DNA from: an uncultured Bacillales bacterium
Lineage (GTDB): Bacteria; Bacillota_I; Bacilli_A; RF39; UBA660
Length of the DNA stretch: 52,771 nucleotides
Assembly: GCA_947089915.1 (NCBI GenBank)
Contig: CAMUMB010000002.1
Span: forward strand, 1 to 52,771
Direction of reading: 5' to 3'
The notes below the pieces were generated by a model, which did not search any database, was not told where the DNA came from, and worked only from the letters and a program-made list of their open reading frames with translations. The translations under genes were made by a program, and so were the position numbers. Positions 35,518-45,023 of this stretch are shown one piece after another (positions within the stretch are counted from its first letter, which is position 1; each line of letters starts with the position of its first letter).

Positions 35518-35608
35518 CTATAGTTCCTCCTCTCTGTATATTGTATACAAATGAAGATTCTCCGTATAATAAGGATATAACAATAATTTTAATAAATATT
35601 TCGCTTTA

Positions 35609-35651
35609 TTAGCACTCCAATATTGACATTGCTAATAGGTTGTGTTATAAT
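35609..35651 (+). promoter_or_regulatory. consensus sigma-A promoter overlapped by a CIRCE-like (HrcA operator-like) palindrome
   Basis: TTAGCACTC-N9-CATTGCTAA (35609-35635) versus CIRCE TTAGCACTC-N9-GAGTGCTAA, with the left half perfect and the right half 7 of 9. TTGACA (35623-35628), 17 bp, TGtTATAAT (35646-35651). Confidence 0.6.
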
Positions 35652-35731
35652 CAAAATGTAAGGGAAAGGTATCTTTTACATATAAATGGAGTTACAAAAA
35701 GTAACAAAATTAAGAAAGGAAGTCGATTTAT

Positions 35732-36145
35732 ATGATGTTGATACCAAGAAGAAGTGATTTTGATTTGTTAGATGATGTATTTGGAGAACCATTCTTCAAA
35801 AATCATGAAAGTAACTTAATGAAAACAGACATTAAGGAAAAAGAAGACAAATTTTTATTAGACATTGATTTGCCTGGATATGAAAAAGAAAACATTAAAA
35901 TGAGCATTGAAGATGGATATTTAACAATTAACGCTTGCACATCTCAGGAAAAGGAAGAAAAAGAAGAAAGATTTATTCGTAAAGAAAGATATTCAGGTTC
36001 TTGTTCTAGAAGTTTCTATGTAGGAGACGATATCAAAAGTGAAGACATCAAAGCAAAATTCGATAATGGGATTCTGCAAATCGAAATACCAAAGATAGAG
36101 AAGAAACAAGAAATACCAGAGAAAAAATATATTGATATTAACTAA
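35732..36145 (+). CDS. Hsp20/alpha-crystallin small heat-shock protein
   Basis: alpha-crystallin domain pattern: MKTDIKE.ED.F.L.IDLPGY.KE.I......GYL.I......E......RF.R.ER..G...R.F.....I....I.A.F.NGIL.I..PK. Confidence 0.9.
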   Translation: MMLIPRRSDFDLLDDVFGEPFFKNHESNLMKTDIKEKEDKFLLDIDLPGYEKENIKMSIEDGYLTINACTSQEKEEKEERFIRKERYSGSCSRSFYVGDDIKSEDIKAKFDNGILQIEIPKIEKKQEIPEKKYIDIN

Positions 36146-36164
36146 AAATAAATTATTATAAAGG

Positions 36165-36187
36165 AAGATAGGAAGCTATCTTTTTTT
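36165..36187 (+). terminator. rho-independent terminator after hsp20
   Basis: AAGATAGgaagCTATCTT followed by TTTTT. Confidence 0.75.
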
Positions 36188-36189
36188 AT

Positions 36190-36880
36190 AATCATAACCA
36201 CGCCTAAAAGATGTGGTTTGCACTAGCCCTATAAGGACAATTATATCAGCTAGCCATTTTAGAACGGCTGGCTTTCATTTTATTCAAGCCTCTTTGCGTT
36301 TTTCTCCTAGCTACCCTTTGAAAGGGTTTTTATATTCTTTCTTCGTCATCTTATCTTCTATTTGATCTTCTTTTTCTTGTTCTCTTATATACTTCTTTAT
36401 TGTTGCTTCATTTAATCCTACTGTACTTACATAATATCCTGTTGTCCAAAAGTTTCTATTCCCTAACTTATATTTTAGATTTGCATGCCTTTTAAATATC
36501 CCATGAAACTTGACACACTCATCTTTGGTGGTATTTGTAACAATAAATGTACATGATCTGGCATTAAGTTCCCTTCTATTATTTTTTATTCCTTTATACT
36601 GACAAAGTTTTCCTATGATTTCCGATAAGTCCTTTCTTAACTTATAATATAGCATTTTTCTTCTATACTTCGGTATGAATACAATATGGTATTTACACAT
36701 CCACTTTGTATGTGTTAAACTATTTGCCATAGAGCGCCACTCCTTTCTGTTATAATTGAGGCCTGAACACCTAAATTATAACAGACGTGTCGCTCTTTTC
36801 TATAAGCTTTTAACTCCCACACATTATATGTGTGGTTTTTTCTTCCTACGCTCCGCGTTGGAAGAACCCTTAAGGTTCAT
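36190..36880 (-). mobile_element. IS200-type element, decayed (approximate ends)
   Basis: A TnpA-like ORF is flanked by hairpin-rich non-coding ends. These are AGCTAGCC..GGCTGGCT around 36259-36286, CTGTTATAAT..ATTATAACAG around 36756-36793, and CCACACAT-tat-ATGTGTGG around 36817-36835. Confidence 0.5.
36311..36730 (-). pseudogene. tnpA: IS200/IS605 Y1 transposase TnpA, HUH motif out of frame
   Basis: The N-terminus HTKWMCKYHIVFIPKYRRK and C-terminus RHANLKYKLGNRNFWTTGYYVSTVG are canonical. The middle reads IIEGNLMPDHVHLLLQIPPKMSVSSFMGYLKG only in another frame. This follows an extra base in the T6 run 36582-36587, with an internal deletion near 36485 restoring the frame. Confidence 0.75.
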
Positions 36881-36910
36881 CAAAATAAAAAGGCATACGA
36901 ATCTCTAAAT

Positions 36911-37552
36911 TCATATTGCCCTTATTTGTTCAATTTTTCCACCATCTACTTCATAAACCACATCCGCAAGATTCTCTATATCTTCCTTAATATGGGAAGC
37001 AATAATAATAATTTTACCTTTCTTTTTTTCCTCTTTTAATATATTCCTAATTTTCTCAGCCGTTTCTTTTTCAATACCATTTAATGGTTCATCAAAAATC
37101 ATAATATCTGGATCTTCCATTAAAACTTGGGCAATTCCTAATTTTTGTTTTGTTCCTAAAGAGTACTTAGAATACCTTTTATTTGCTTCACTTGTTAAAT
37201 TAACTCTATCTAAAGTCTCTTCAATTTCCTTCCTCCCAATTTTATTTTGAACAGAAGCAAGCAATTCAAGATTTTCGTATCCAGTCATATCTGGTAAAAA
37301 CTTTGGCTTTTCGATAAGTGCTCTTGTATTTTCCGGAAACTCATTTGTACTCGTATAATCCTTTCCATTCAATAAAATTGCACCTGAAGTTGGTGAATAA
37401 AAACCACATATCATTTTTAACAGGACACTTTTTCCGCTACCATTTCTTCCAACAAAACCATATATTTTTCCTTCTTCAAATACTAAATTAATATTTTCCA
37501 AAACAGTATTATTTCCAAAAACTTTATTTAACTCTTTTACCTCTAATCTCAT
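36911..37552 (-). CDS. ABC transporter ATP-binding protein (ABC-2/immunity type)
   Basis: Start ATG 37552 behind AAGGAGG. Walker A GRNGSGKS, signature YSLGTKQKL, Walker B IMIFDEP. Confidence 0.88.
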   Translation of the reverse strand: MRLEVKELNKVFGNNTVLENINLVFEEGKIYGFVGRNGSGKSVLLKMICGFYSPTSGAILLNGKDYTSTNEFPENTRALIEKPKFLPDMTGYENLELLASVQNKIGRKEIEETLDRVNLTSEANKRYSKYSLGTKQKLGIAQVLMEDPDIMIFDEPLNGIEKETAEKIRNILKEEKKKGKIIIIASHIKEDIENLADVVYEVDGGKIEQIRAI

Positions 37553-37562
37553 AAATACCTCC

Positions 37563-38240
37563 TTATACATTCTCTAATATTTTTTTTGGATATTTGTAAA
37601 AAATTATATGAATCATAATTTGTACTAATATTGTAATTGCAATCATATATATAACATAGGGTTGAAGTCCCCATATACACTTTGGAACTAAAGTGATAAG
37701 TATGACGATTGTAGTTGATAAAAATATCACATTTTTTCGTAATAAAATAGAAAGCAAATAACTACAAAGAAACAAATATTGCAATAACAAAATATAAGTT
37801 ACATCTGTAATTGCCAATTGAATTATTTTTACATCAAAAGATTGCTTGCTTATAATCATAAACAAAGTAGTCACCATCAAATACTGAACTATTTTTATGA
37901 TTATAGTTGTTATTACAAAAAAGATATTTTTACTAATGATATACTTTTTAGGTTGCATTCTTAAAAATATATTTTCTAAATTTTCAGTCAAATCTTTTAA
38001 ATAGATATCTACGATTAAATAAATAAATCCAGCTATATGAAACAAATATGATAACAACTGAATAATATCTATACTTCGAATATTTAAGTTCGTTCCCATG
38101 CATCGATTTATTGTATACATCATGGTAGAATTATTTACACTCAAGAACAGAATAATTAATGGTACTATAATTAAAATTAACAGTATAAATCTTTTCTTAC
38201 GCAATAAATATGAAATGTCATTATATATTAAATACTTCAT
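37563..38240 (-). CDS. polytopic membrane protein (putative ABC-2-like permease/immunity component)
   Basis: About 6 TM helices. Overlaps the upstream gene by 4 nt. Confidence 0.6.
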   Translation of the reverse strand: MKYLIYNDISYLLRKKRFILLILIIVPLIILFLSVNNSTMMYTINRCMGTNLNIRSIDIIQLLSYLFHIAGFIYLIVDIYLKDLTENLENIFLRMQPKKYIISKNIFFVITTIIIKIVQYLMVTTLFMIISKQSFDVKIIQLAITDVTYILLLQYLFLCSYLLSILLRKNVIFLSTTIVILITLVPKCIWGLQPYVIYMIAITILVQIMIHIIFYKYPKKILENV

Positions 38241-39001
38241 GTAATTTCTATCCTTCTATTTTTTAATGATAATTTATAAATTACTATAACGATAACTTCC
38301 AATAAAAGTAACATAAATACGGATGATGCCACTTCTAAAGAAAAAGTATCATATATAGTTTGTGTATAATACGTCCATACGAGTAATGAAAAGGTATAAC
38401 GTAAAGAGACAATTGCACTAAAATAATACATAAGTACCAAAAAAATTCCTTCAAACACTATCGTTATTTTTGGAGTGAAATTTAGATAAACGAAGGTTAA
38501 CATTACCGTAATCAATAAACCAAACAATATATATCGTATACAATAAAAAATACAAAATGTTAAATTACTAATACCATAGCTTCCAAAATAGGTTTCATAT
38601 GGGTATATTTGGATGTCTTTAAATGTCGTTAAAAGTAAACACATCAATATAAATAAGAAAATAATCGCTATTTGTATAAAATACATAATTACAGAAATTT
38701 TGACTAAAGTCTTTATGTATTCACGTTTATTTTTGAGACGTATAATATAGAATGAAAAATCATTTTTAAAAATGGAACAAGCGTTTATATTATTCAGAAA
38801 AATAAAGGCAAAAAGTATAATATTAAATATATAAAATTGAATTGGTACTAAAATAGAATCCCAAAAATTATTCATTGTTGTTCCTAAAGCAAAACCACCA
38901 TATAATGCTAAAATAACGGATAAAAAGAATATTGCCTTATATCTATCTGTTGACATAATATAACTGATGATTTTCATTTCGTTATGATACTTGTTTTTCA
39001 T
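38237..39001 (-). CDS. polytopic membrane protein (putative permease/immunity component)
   Basis: About 6 TM helices. Overlaps the upstream gene by 20 nt. Confidence 0.6.
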   Translation of the reverse strand: MKNKYHNEMKIISYIMSTDRYKAIFFLSVILALYGGFALGTTMNNFWDSILVPIQFYIFNIILFAFIFLNNINACSIFKNDFSFYIIRLKNKREYIKTLVKISVIMYFIQIAIIFLFILMCLLLTTFKDIQIYPYETYFGSYGISNLTFCIFYCIRYILFGLLITVMLTFVYLNFTPKITIVFEGIFLVLMYYFSAIVSLRYTFSLLVWTYYTQTIYDTFSLEVASSVFMLLLLEVIVIVIYKLSLKNRRIEIT

Positions 39002-39932
39002 ATGAAAGAATCACCTTCTCCTTGTCTTTATAAGATAAGAATAATACAATAAATGATATTGCTTGTAAAATAAATGAGATGAGAACAATCAATAGTACAT
39101 GATTAGAAATATCATCAAAAAACCAATAACCTGCAATATTAAAATAATCTGACATACCACTCAAATGAAAGATATTACCTAATATTATACTATATAACAA
39201 TACATATATTGCAATATTAACAACCAAAAACATTATAAAAGCCATAATAATTGCAACCAACATATTCTTATTTTTTTTACAACAATAAAGTGCGAGATTG
39301 GAATAAAGCAAACTGATAAAATACTGTATTACACAAATCATGCAACCATATAAGATAAAATGATCATATTTCCATTCATTATAAACTGAAAGCCGTACAT
39401 CAATATTACTATAATCAAAATTAAAACCTGTCAATATAGATGATATAAAAAATATAATAAGCAATGCTATAGGTGTAATTAACGATACTTTGAGTGCTAA
39501 CTTATATGTGTTTTTTAGATACTTTTTATAATTTATTTTAAGTAAATAATTTTCAAACATTCCACTATTAAACATACTATGAACACTACCTAATATCATA
39601 ATGGCAATTAAAAGTGGGGAAAAATATTGTAATATATTAAATATGGTATTCTCAACAATTTCACAGGTTAATGTAATGGCATCATATCGTTTATATACCT
39701 TTTTAGGATCATTATTTTCAATATAATTTTCTAAATATTCATCTGTCGGATAGTACTTACAATATTCATGCTCTGGATTTTTCTTTTCATAACAATATTC
39801 TTTTACATCATAATACACTGACACATAAGAAAAGTTTTCTTTAAAAAATTGTCCAAATGATAGTAAAATAAGTAATGACATTAAACCAATCCCAAAGCTA
39901 ATATATTTATATTTTTTCATCATTTTCCACAT
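38982..39932 (-). CDS. polytopic membrane protein with a Cys/Tyr-rich extracytoplasmic loop
   Basis: TM1, then a loop of about 70 aa (EYCYEKKNPEHEYCKYYPTDEY), then about 5 TM helices. RBS AAGGAGA. Confidence 0.6.
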   Translation of the reverse strand: MWKMMKKYKYISFGIGLMSLLILLSFGQFFKENFSYVSVYYDVKEYCYEKKNPEHEYCKYYPTDEYLENYIENNDPKKVYKRYDAITLTCEIVENTIFNILQYFSPLLIAIMILGSVHSMFNSGMFENYLLKINYKKYLKNTYKLALKVSLITPIALLIIFFISSILTGFNFDYSNIDVRLSVYNEWKYDHFILYGCMICVIQYFISLLYSNLALYCCKKNKNMLVAIIMAFIMFLVVNIAIYVLLYSIILGNIFHLSGMSDYFNIAGYWFFDDISNHVLLIVLISFILQAISFIVLFLSYKDKEKVILSYEKQVS

Positions 39933-40026
39933 ATATTATTCTCCTTAAAAAAGTTTAGCAGAGTATATTCTGTTTATTTTACATACAACAGACAACATAC
40001 AACAAACCACTAAACTTTATACTTAT

Positions 40027-40470
40027 TTATTGTCCAACATATGGATAAGGACTAGAAGAAATTGAACCTAAATCCCAATTGAAATCTGCCTTAGCTGTAG
40101 TAGGCAATGATTTTTTAGATTTCACATGCAATTTCCATCCACCTTGTGCTTGCGTATCATTAAAAGTTACATTGATTCCATCAACTAAATCTTGCCAAGC
40201 TGTGGTCCCCATTCCAGCAAACATTCCTTGGATTTTGGCTCTCAGATTTCTCCCATCTCCAGTATTAAGGGAATCATGTGCCGATACTTTTTTTACTCTT
40301 TGATTATATTGCCAATCATCACCTTTATCGACTTGTTGACTAATCCAACTACCACCAAAAGATGGAATTGTAATGTTATAAAACTCAATATAATGCGTTG
40401 CACTAGCACCTAACAAACTTGCACATAATGTTACTGCAAATAAAGCCATTGTTACTTTTAAATACTTCAT
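40027..40470 (-). CDS. secreted 123-aa (mature) protein, candidate bacteriocin-like factor
   Basis: Sec signal peptide ...LLGASA|THY. The mature part has no Cys and is visibly richer in G+C than the flanking genes. TTGTAT-N17-TGaTATATT promoter and RBS AAGGAGGG upstream. Confidence 0.6.
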   Translation of the reverse strand: MKYLKVTMALFAVTLCASLLGASATHYIEFYNITIPSFGGSWISQQVDKGDDWQYNQRVKKVSAHDSLNTGDGRNLRAKIQGMFAGMGTTAWQDLVDGINVTFNDTQAQGGWKLHVKSKKSLPTTAKADFNWDLGSISSSPYPYVGQ

Positions 40471-40743
40471 TTCATAACCCTCCTTGCAAGAATATACTCT
40501 ACTGAGTTTAATATATCATACTGTATTGTAATATACAATCTTTTTCGACATATTTTTCATTTTTTTGTCTCATATATGTTTGCTATTTGCCAATAAATTA
40601 TGTAAAATGCATTCCCATAAAAAGTATATGGAAGACTTTTACGTATTCTTGCAATTCATCATTTCCTAATCTTACAAATATTTCTTATATAAAAAACATA
40701 ATGTCGACTTTTTTACATAATATGAATTAAGAGGAGGAAAATA

Positions 40744-41844
40744 ATGAAAAAAACAGGATACTATATTCTTTTATTGTTAGTCCTAATATTACCAATATCA
40801 GTATACGCTAGTGGAAACGAAATTAATGAAGTTGCAAGTGAACTAGCACTAGAAAATTGTTTACGTGATAAAGCCATCTGTAAACTAACTGACGATATTG
40901 CCATACGATATACAATGGGATCTCATGGGGATACTATACTAGATTTAAATGGGCACACAATTAGTCCAACCGCCGATATGAAAATCAATGGCGGATTTAT
41001 CGTAGTGGAAAGTGGTTCAAAACTTACGATCAATGATACATCAGGAAATGGTCTTATTACAACAGGTGCAAATAATCAAAATGTATGGGCAGCCATCCAA
41101 CTTCTAAAAGAAGAATCTACTGGAGAGAATGCAGAACTCACTATAAATGGTGGGACGATTGAAGGATATAAATATGGAATTGTGGGAAATGATAAAAGAC
41201 ACAATACCAAAATTATCGTTAATGACGGAATCATCAAAGGGTTAAATCAAAATGATAGTGCTGGAATCTATCAACCACAAATAGGAGAAATTACTGTAAA
41301 TGGTGGAACGATAAAAGGTGGGACTGGAATTGAAATACGTTCTGGGAGTTTAACAGTAAATAATGGTACTATTGAAGGAATTGCATCCTTTGCAAAAAAT
41401 GCCAACGAAAATGATATGACTACAGCTGGAGTAGGAATAACTGTCGCACAATACGTGACCAAAAATCCAATAAAAGTATCTATAAATGGTGGGGATATTA
41501 GTGGACAATATGCTTTCTATGAATGGAATCCACATAATAACAGCCAAACAGATTTAGACAAAATAGCCATTCATATTACAGATGGGAACTTTAAAACAAC
41601 ATTAAGTGGTGGGGTTTCCATATATAGTGAGGACTTTAAGAAATTTATCTCTGGAGGAAATTTTAACACTCCTGTAACAGAATATCTAGTAGAAAATACC
41701 GATTCCGTAGCAAAAATCACATTAGACAACCTAACCATCACAAAGGAAACATCAAATAGTAACACTTGGATATGGATATTAATCGGAGGAATTGCAGTTG
41801 TAGGAGCTTCTGGAGTAGTCCTATACAAAAGAAAAAACGTGTAA
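40744..41844 (+). CDS. surface protein with right-handed beta-helix-like repeats and a C-terminal TM anchor
   Basis: Signal peptide. Repeated (L/I)T(I/V)NGGTI(E/K)G units. C-terminal WIWILIGGIAVVGASGVVLYKRKN. Confidence 0.7.
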   Translation: MKKTGYYILLLLVLILPISVYASGNEINEVASELALENCLRDKAICKLTDDIAIRYTMGSHGDTILDLNGHTISPTADMKINGGFIVVESGSKLTINDTSGNGLITTGANNQNVWAAIQLLKEESTGENAELTINGGTIEGYKYGIVGNDKRHNTKIIVNDGIIKGLNQNDSAGIYQPQIGEITVNGGTIKGGTGIEIRSGSLTVNNGTIEGIASFAKNANENDMTTAGVGITVAQYVTKNPIKVSINGGDISGQYAFYEWNPHNNSQTDLDKIAIHITDGNFKTTLSGGVSIYSEDFKKFISGGNFNTPVTEYLVENTDSVAKITLDNLTITKETSNSNTWIWILIGGIAVVGASGVVLYKRKNV

Positions 41845-41854
41845 TTACGTTTTT

Positions 41855-42724
41855 TTAATTGCTTTCCCATCTACCATAGATACCGCAAGGCAAAATAAGA
41901 GAATTGGTTTCAATTGGAAGTCCTACTTCTCCTGCTTCTACTTGTCCATTCGGATACTTTTTTAACATTGTCGTTTTTAAAATATTTTCAAGTACAGTAG
42001 AAGAAATACCTGTCGTATAAGAATTGATTAGAAAAAACAAAGGTGCATCACTTAATATTTTCATACAAGCCTGAATGAGTTCAAAAATGCTACGTTCAAA
42101 TTTCCATACTTCTCCATTAGGACCACGCCCATAAGAAGGAGGATCCATAATAATTACATCATACTTGTTTCCTCTTCTTGCTTCCCTTTCTACAAACTTT
42201 AAACAGTCATCTACAATAAAACGAATTTTTTTATCTTCCAAATGAGACAATCTCATATTTTCTTTCGCCCATTCTGTCATACCCTTCGAAGCATCGACAT
42301 GCACGACTTCATTTGCTCCTGCAGAAGCACAAGCCATGGTTGCTCCACCAGTATAAGCAAACAAATTAAGGACCTTAATGGAACGATTACTATTTTGAAT
42401 TTTTTCTATCATATAATCCCAATTGACAGCCTGTTCTGGAAATAACCCTGTATGTTTAAAATTAGTGGGAGATACTTTAAAAGTTAAATTTTTATAATCA
42501 ACTGTCCAATATTCTGGTAGCTTTTTACGAAATTCCCACTCTCCACCACCTTTGGAACTACGATGATAAAAACCATCTGGGTGATTCCAATTTGCATTAT
42601 TTTCGATTGGCCAAATTGCTTGCGGATCTGGTCTTCTTAAAATAACCCCATTCCAACTTTCCAACTTTTCGCCATTTCCAGCATCTATAATTTTATAACA
42701 TTTCCACTCATTACTTAACCGCAT
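41855..42724 (-). CDS. class I SAM-dependent (RlmI-like, PF10672-type) methyltransferase
   Basis: Start MRLSNEW (ATG 42724) behind GGTGA. Motif I VLNLFAYTGGATMA, motif IV DVIIMDPPSYG. Confidence 0.8.
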   Translation of the reverse strand: MRLSNEWKCYKIIDAGNGEKLESWNGVILRRPDPQAIWPIENNANWNHPDGFYHRSSKGGGEWEFRKKLPEYWTVDYKNLTFKVSPTNFKHTGLFPEQAVNWDYMIEKIQNSNRSIKVLNLFAYTGGATMACASAGANEVVHVDASKGMTEWAKENMRLSHLEDKKIRFIVDDCLKFVEREARRGNKYDVIIMDPPSYGRGPNGEVWKFERSIFELIQACMKILSDAPLFFLINSYTTGISSTVLENILKTTMLKKYPNGQVEAGEVGLPIETNSLILPCGIYGRWESN

Positions 42725-42807
42725 ACGCTTCACCAATTCAATTATACAAAAAAAGCGAGAAGAATGCAAAAATAAAGACCAACTTTTTGTTGATCTAATA
42801 CATGAAA

Positions 42808-43074
42808 TTAATTTCTACTCCTAAATGGATGCCTTAACTTGTCTTTTATTTCCTTGATTATAATTTTGGTTGCAACATCATAAATCATTACTGCTTCTTC
42901 ATGGTTAATTTCTAATTTTTGAATCAATTCATCTATAATCTTGTCCCTATTTTTTTTGCTGAGAAAGAAATTGTCCTCTAGTATCTCATTGATAATAAGG
43001 CACTTATCTTCAGAGTAGGAAAGCGTATTTGATAATTCATTTATAAATTCTGTTTTATTCAAATTCATCACCAT
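42808..43074 (-). CDS. small hypothetical protein
   Basis: 88 aa. Overlaps the 3' end of the upstream XRE-DUF2975 gene by 20 nt. Confidence 0.45.
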   Translation of the reverse strand: MVMNLNKTEFINELSNTLSYSEDKCLIINEILEDNFFLSKKNRDKIIDELIQKLEINHEEAVMIYDVATKIIIKEIKDKLRHPFRSRN

Positions 43075-43972
43075 ACATTTTTCCCTTAGAATCTAACTGT
43101 ATTTCATACCCATATTGAAATATATAAGCAATGCTAAATAGAAATAGTATTTCAACCAAATCAAATAATTCAAATCCAATATCCAAATCCATTTTTAAAA
43201 GGATTTCAAATAGTGCTCCACCAATATTTGGCAATACTGTGACTACAATCATCAAATATGCTATTTTCTTTATATAGCCTACATTCTCAAGCGTAAAAGG
43301 GGTATCGCCACTATTGATATTGCGAAATAAGTTTTCTAAAGATTTGAGTATCATAATCATGAAAACCAAACATACAACTAAGAACAGAAATCCCATTTCT
43401 ACGTAACCAATTACCATAGCTTTTGGATGATTTTCTAAAATATCTTTCATTCTCATAATGTCATTTTGATTGGTGATATCTATCACTACCTCATTGTTTA
43501 CTGCTAAAGATACCTTATAATCTATTTCTGTAATAGAAATCATATCGTTCCCATTCCATGTTATTTCATTATCTTTGATATCCACTTTATGAATCACGAT
43601 ACCTGATATGATCATTGATGCAATTATAATTGGAAACGAAACCATACAAGCAATTCTACCAATTTTAGCAATAATAGATATTGCCTTACTTAAACCTTTC
43701 ATTTTACTTTGTTGTTCTCTTTTAAATTTCACTACACTCATTTTAATCTCTTCATCTAATGAATCCATATCAATTATACTATCATTTACAAGATCATTTA
43801 TATGGCAATGAAAAATTTTGCAAAGCTCTAATATGTTATTCATTTCAGGATAGGCATCACCCGTTTCCCATTTGCTAACGCTCTGCCTAGATACATTTAC
43901 CTTCTCAGCAAGATCTTCTTGTGATAGTTTTTTTGACTTTCGTAAACTTCTTAAATTATCTCCGAATTTCAT
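43055..43972 (-). CDS. membrane-tethered XRE-family regulator (HTH + DUF2975-like membrane domain)
   Basis: LSQEDLAEKVNVSRQSVSKWETG HTH followed by about 4 TM helices. Confidence 0.75.
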   Translation of the reverse strand: MKFGDNLRSLRKSKKLSQEDLAEKVNVSRQSVSKWETGDAYPEMNNILELCKIFHCHINDLVNDSIIDMDSLDEEIKMSVVKFKREQQSKMKGLSKAISIIAKIGRIACMVSFPIIIASMIISGIVIHKVDIKDNEITWNGNDMISITEIDYKVSLAVNNEVVIDITNQNDIMRMKDILENHPKAMVIGYVEMGFLFLVVCLVFMIMILKSLENLFRNINSGDTPFTLENVGYIKKIAYLMIVVTVLPNIGGALFEILLKMDLDIGFELFDLVEILFLFSIAYIFQYGYEIQLDSKGKMYGDEFE

Positions 43973-44126
43973 TAGATTTTCCTCCTTTCATGACCTATTA
44001 TATGTAGCAAAACTTCTGAATACTATCAACTTTCAGTTGCATTTTATCCTATATCATAAACTACTGTAACAAGCAGCAAGAATTTTACACTAGATGAATA
44101 GCCTAATACTACATTCAATTCTCATT

Positions 44127-44840
44127 TCACAATTTTTTATAATCAATATTAGATAATCTTGCTTGCCTCATTAAATCTTTTGTTTGTATTCTATATTGTT
44201 TTCCATCTTTTATAAAATAAGTTCCACATTGCCGAAATTCAAAATTGACATTTGCTCTTTTACATTGCTCTCTAATAGAGAGCACCCAAGCAAAGTCCAA
44301 TGGTCTCGCATTGATGTCCGATTCTCCACCAACTACGACAAGCTCGATTCCATCAAGATATTTTTCGATATCAATTTTTTCTAATAGAGGTTGTGCTGTG
44401 ATACATTTGTGCTTGATTGGTAAGTCTTTAAATATAGATAACTTATAATCTGCATTTTTTTGATTCTCAATGGTACAACATACAACAACATTATCATATC
44501 CATCGCCCCAGTCATCTGGAATACAGCGCATAAACCGATCAATCCTTTTTGTCAAAAATAGAAACGTACAATCTTGTCGCATCTTTATCATTTTCCAACA
44601 TTCTTCTCTCCAAATATCTGCATCTTCAATTAAAAAATCGGTAGAAAAACATAGATAGACGATTCCAGATTTCATTTTGAACGCACCATTTTTTAATTTT
44701 TCTATCGGTTTTTCAAAATCTTTTGTTTTTACTATTTCATTCGTATTAACATTTCTTTTTGCATCACCTTTATGGATATAGCAATGGAAACACCCATCAC
44801 TACATTTCTTACATCCTCGCCAAGGATTCCACATTGCCAT
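44127..44840 (-). CDS. DUF5131 (phage Gp37/Gp68 family) protein
   Basis: The opening WNPWRGCKKCSDGCFHCY is the family hallmark (WNP..GC...S.GC..CY). Confidence 0.75.
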   Translation of the reverse strand: MAMWNPWRGCKKCSDGCFHCYIHKGDAKRNVNTNEIVKTKDFEKPIEKLKNGAFKMKSGIVYLCFSTDFLIEDADIWREECWKMIKMRQDCTFLFLTKRIDRFMRCIPDDWGDGYDNVVVCCTIENQKNADYKLSIFKDLPIKHKCITAQPLLEKIDIEKYLDGIELVVVGGESDINARPLDFAWVLSIREQCKRANVNFEFRQCGTYFIKDGKQYRIQTKDLMRQARLSNIDYKKL

Positions 44841-45023
44841 ATAATTTCACTCCTAAACTATAAATATATAAATCTAAAAACTGCATAAACAACCCATATA
44901 AGCCAAGAAAATGTCCAAATATCAAGTATAAAACTTATTGATAAATAAACAAGGGCAACAAGAATTGCAATTATCCAATTTACTATTTTTTCTTTTCCAC
45001 AATACTTTATCTCACTTTTCAGG

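Noticed and set aside
35251-35554. Two + strand ORFs (Cys/Ser/Trp-rich and Pro/Val/Ala-rich) opposite the collagen-like gene.
   Set aside because: They are mirror-image artefacts of the GGN-CCN-ACN repeat. The minus-strand frame gives a coherent G-X-T collagen tract with an RBS and a terminator.
40079-40413. Two + strand ORFs opposite the secreted-protein gene.
   Set aside because: They are antisense to an ORF with a promoter, RBS and signal peptide. They appear only because this gene is richer in G+C, and they have no RBS.
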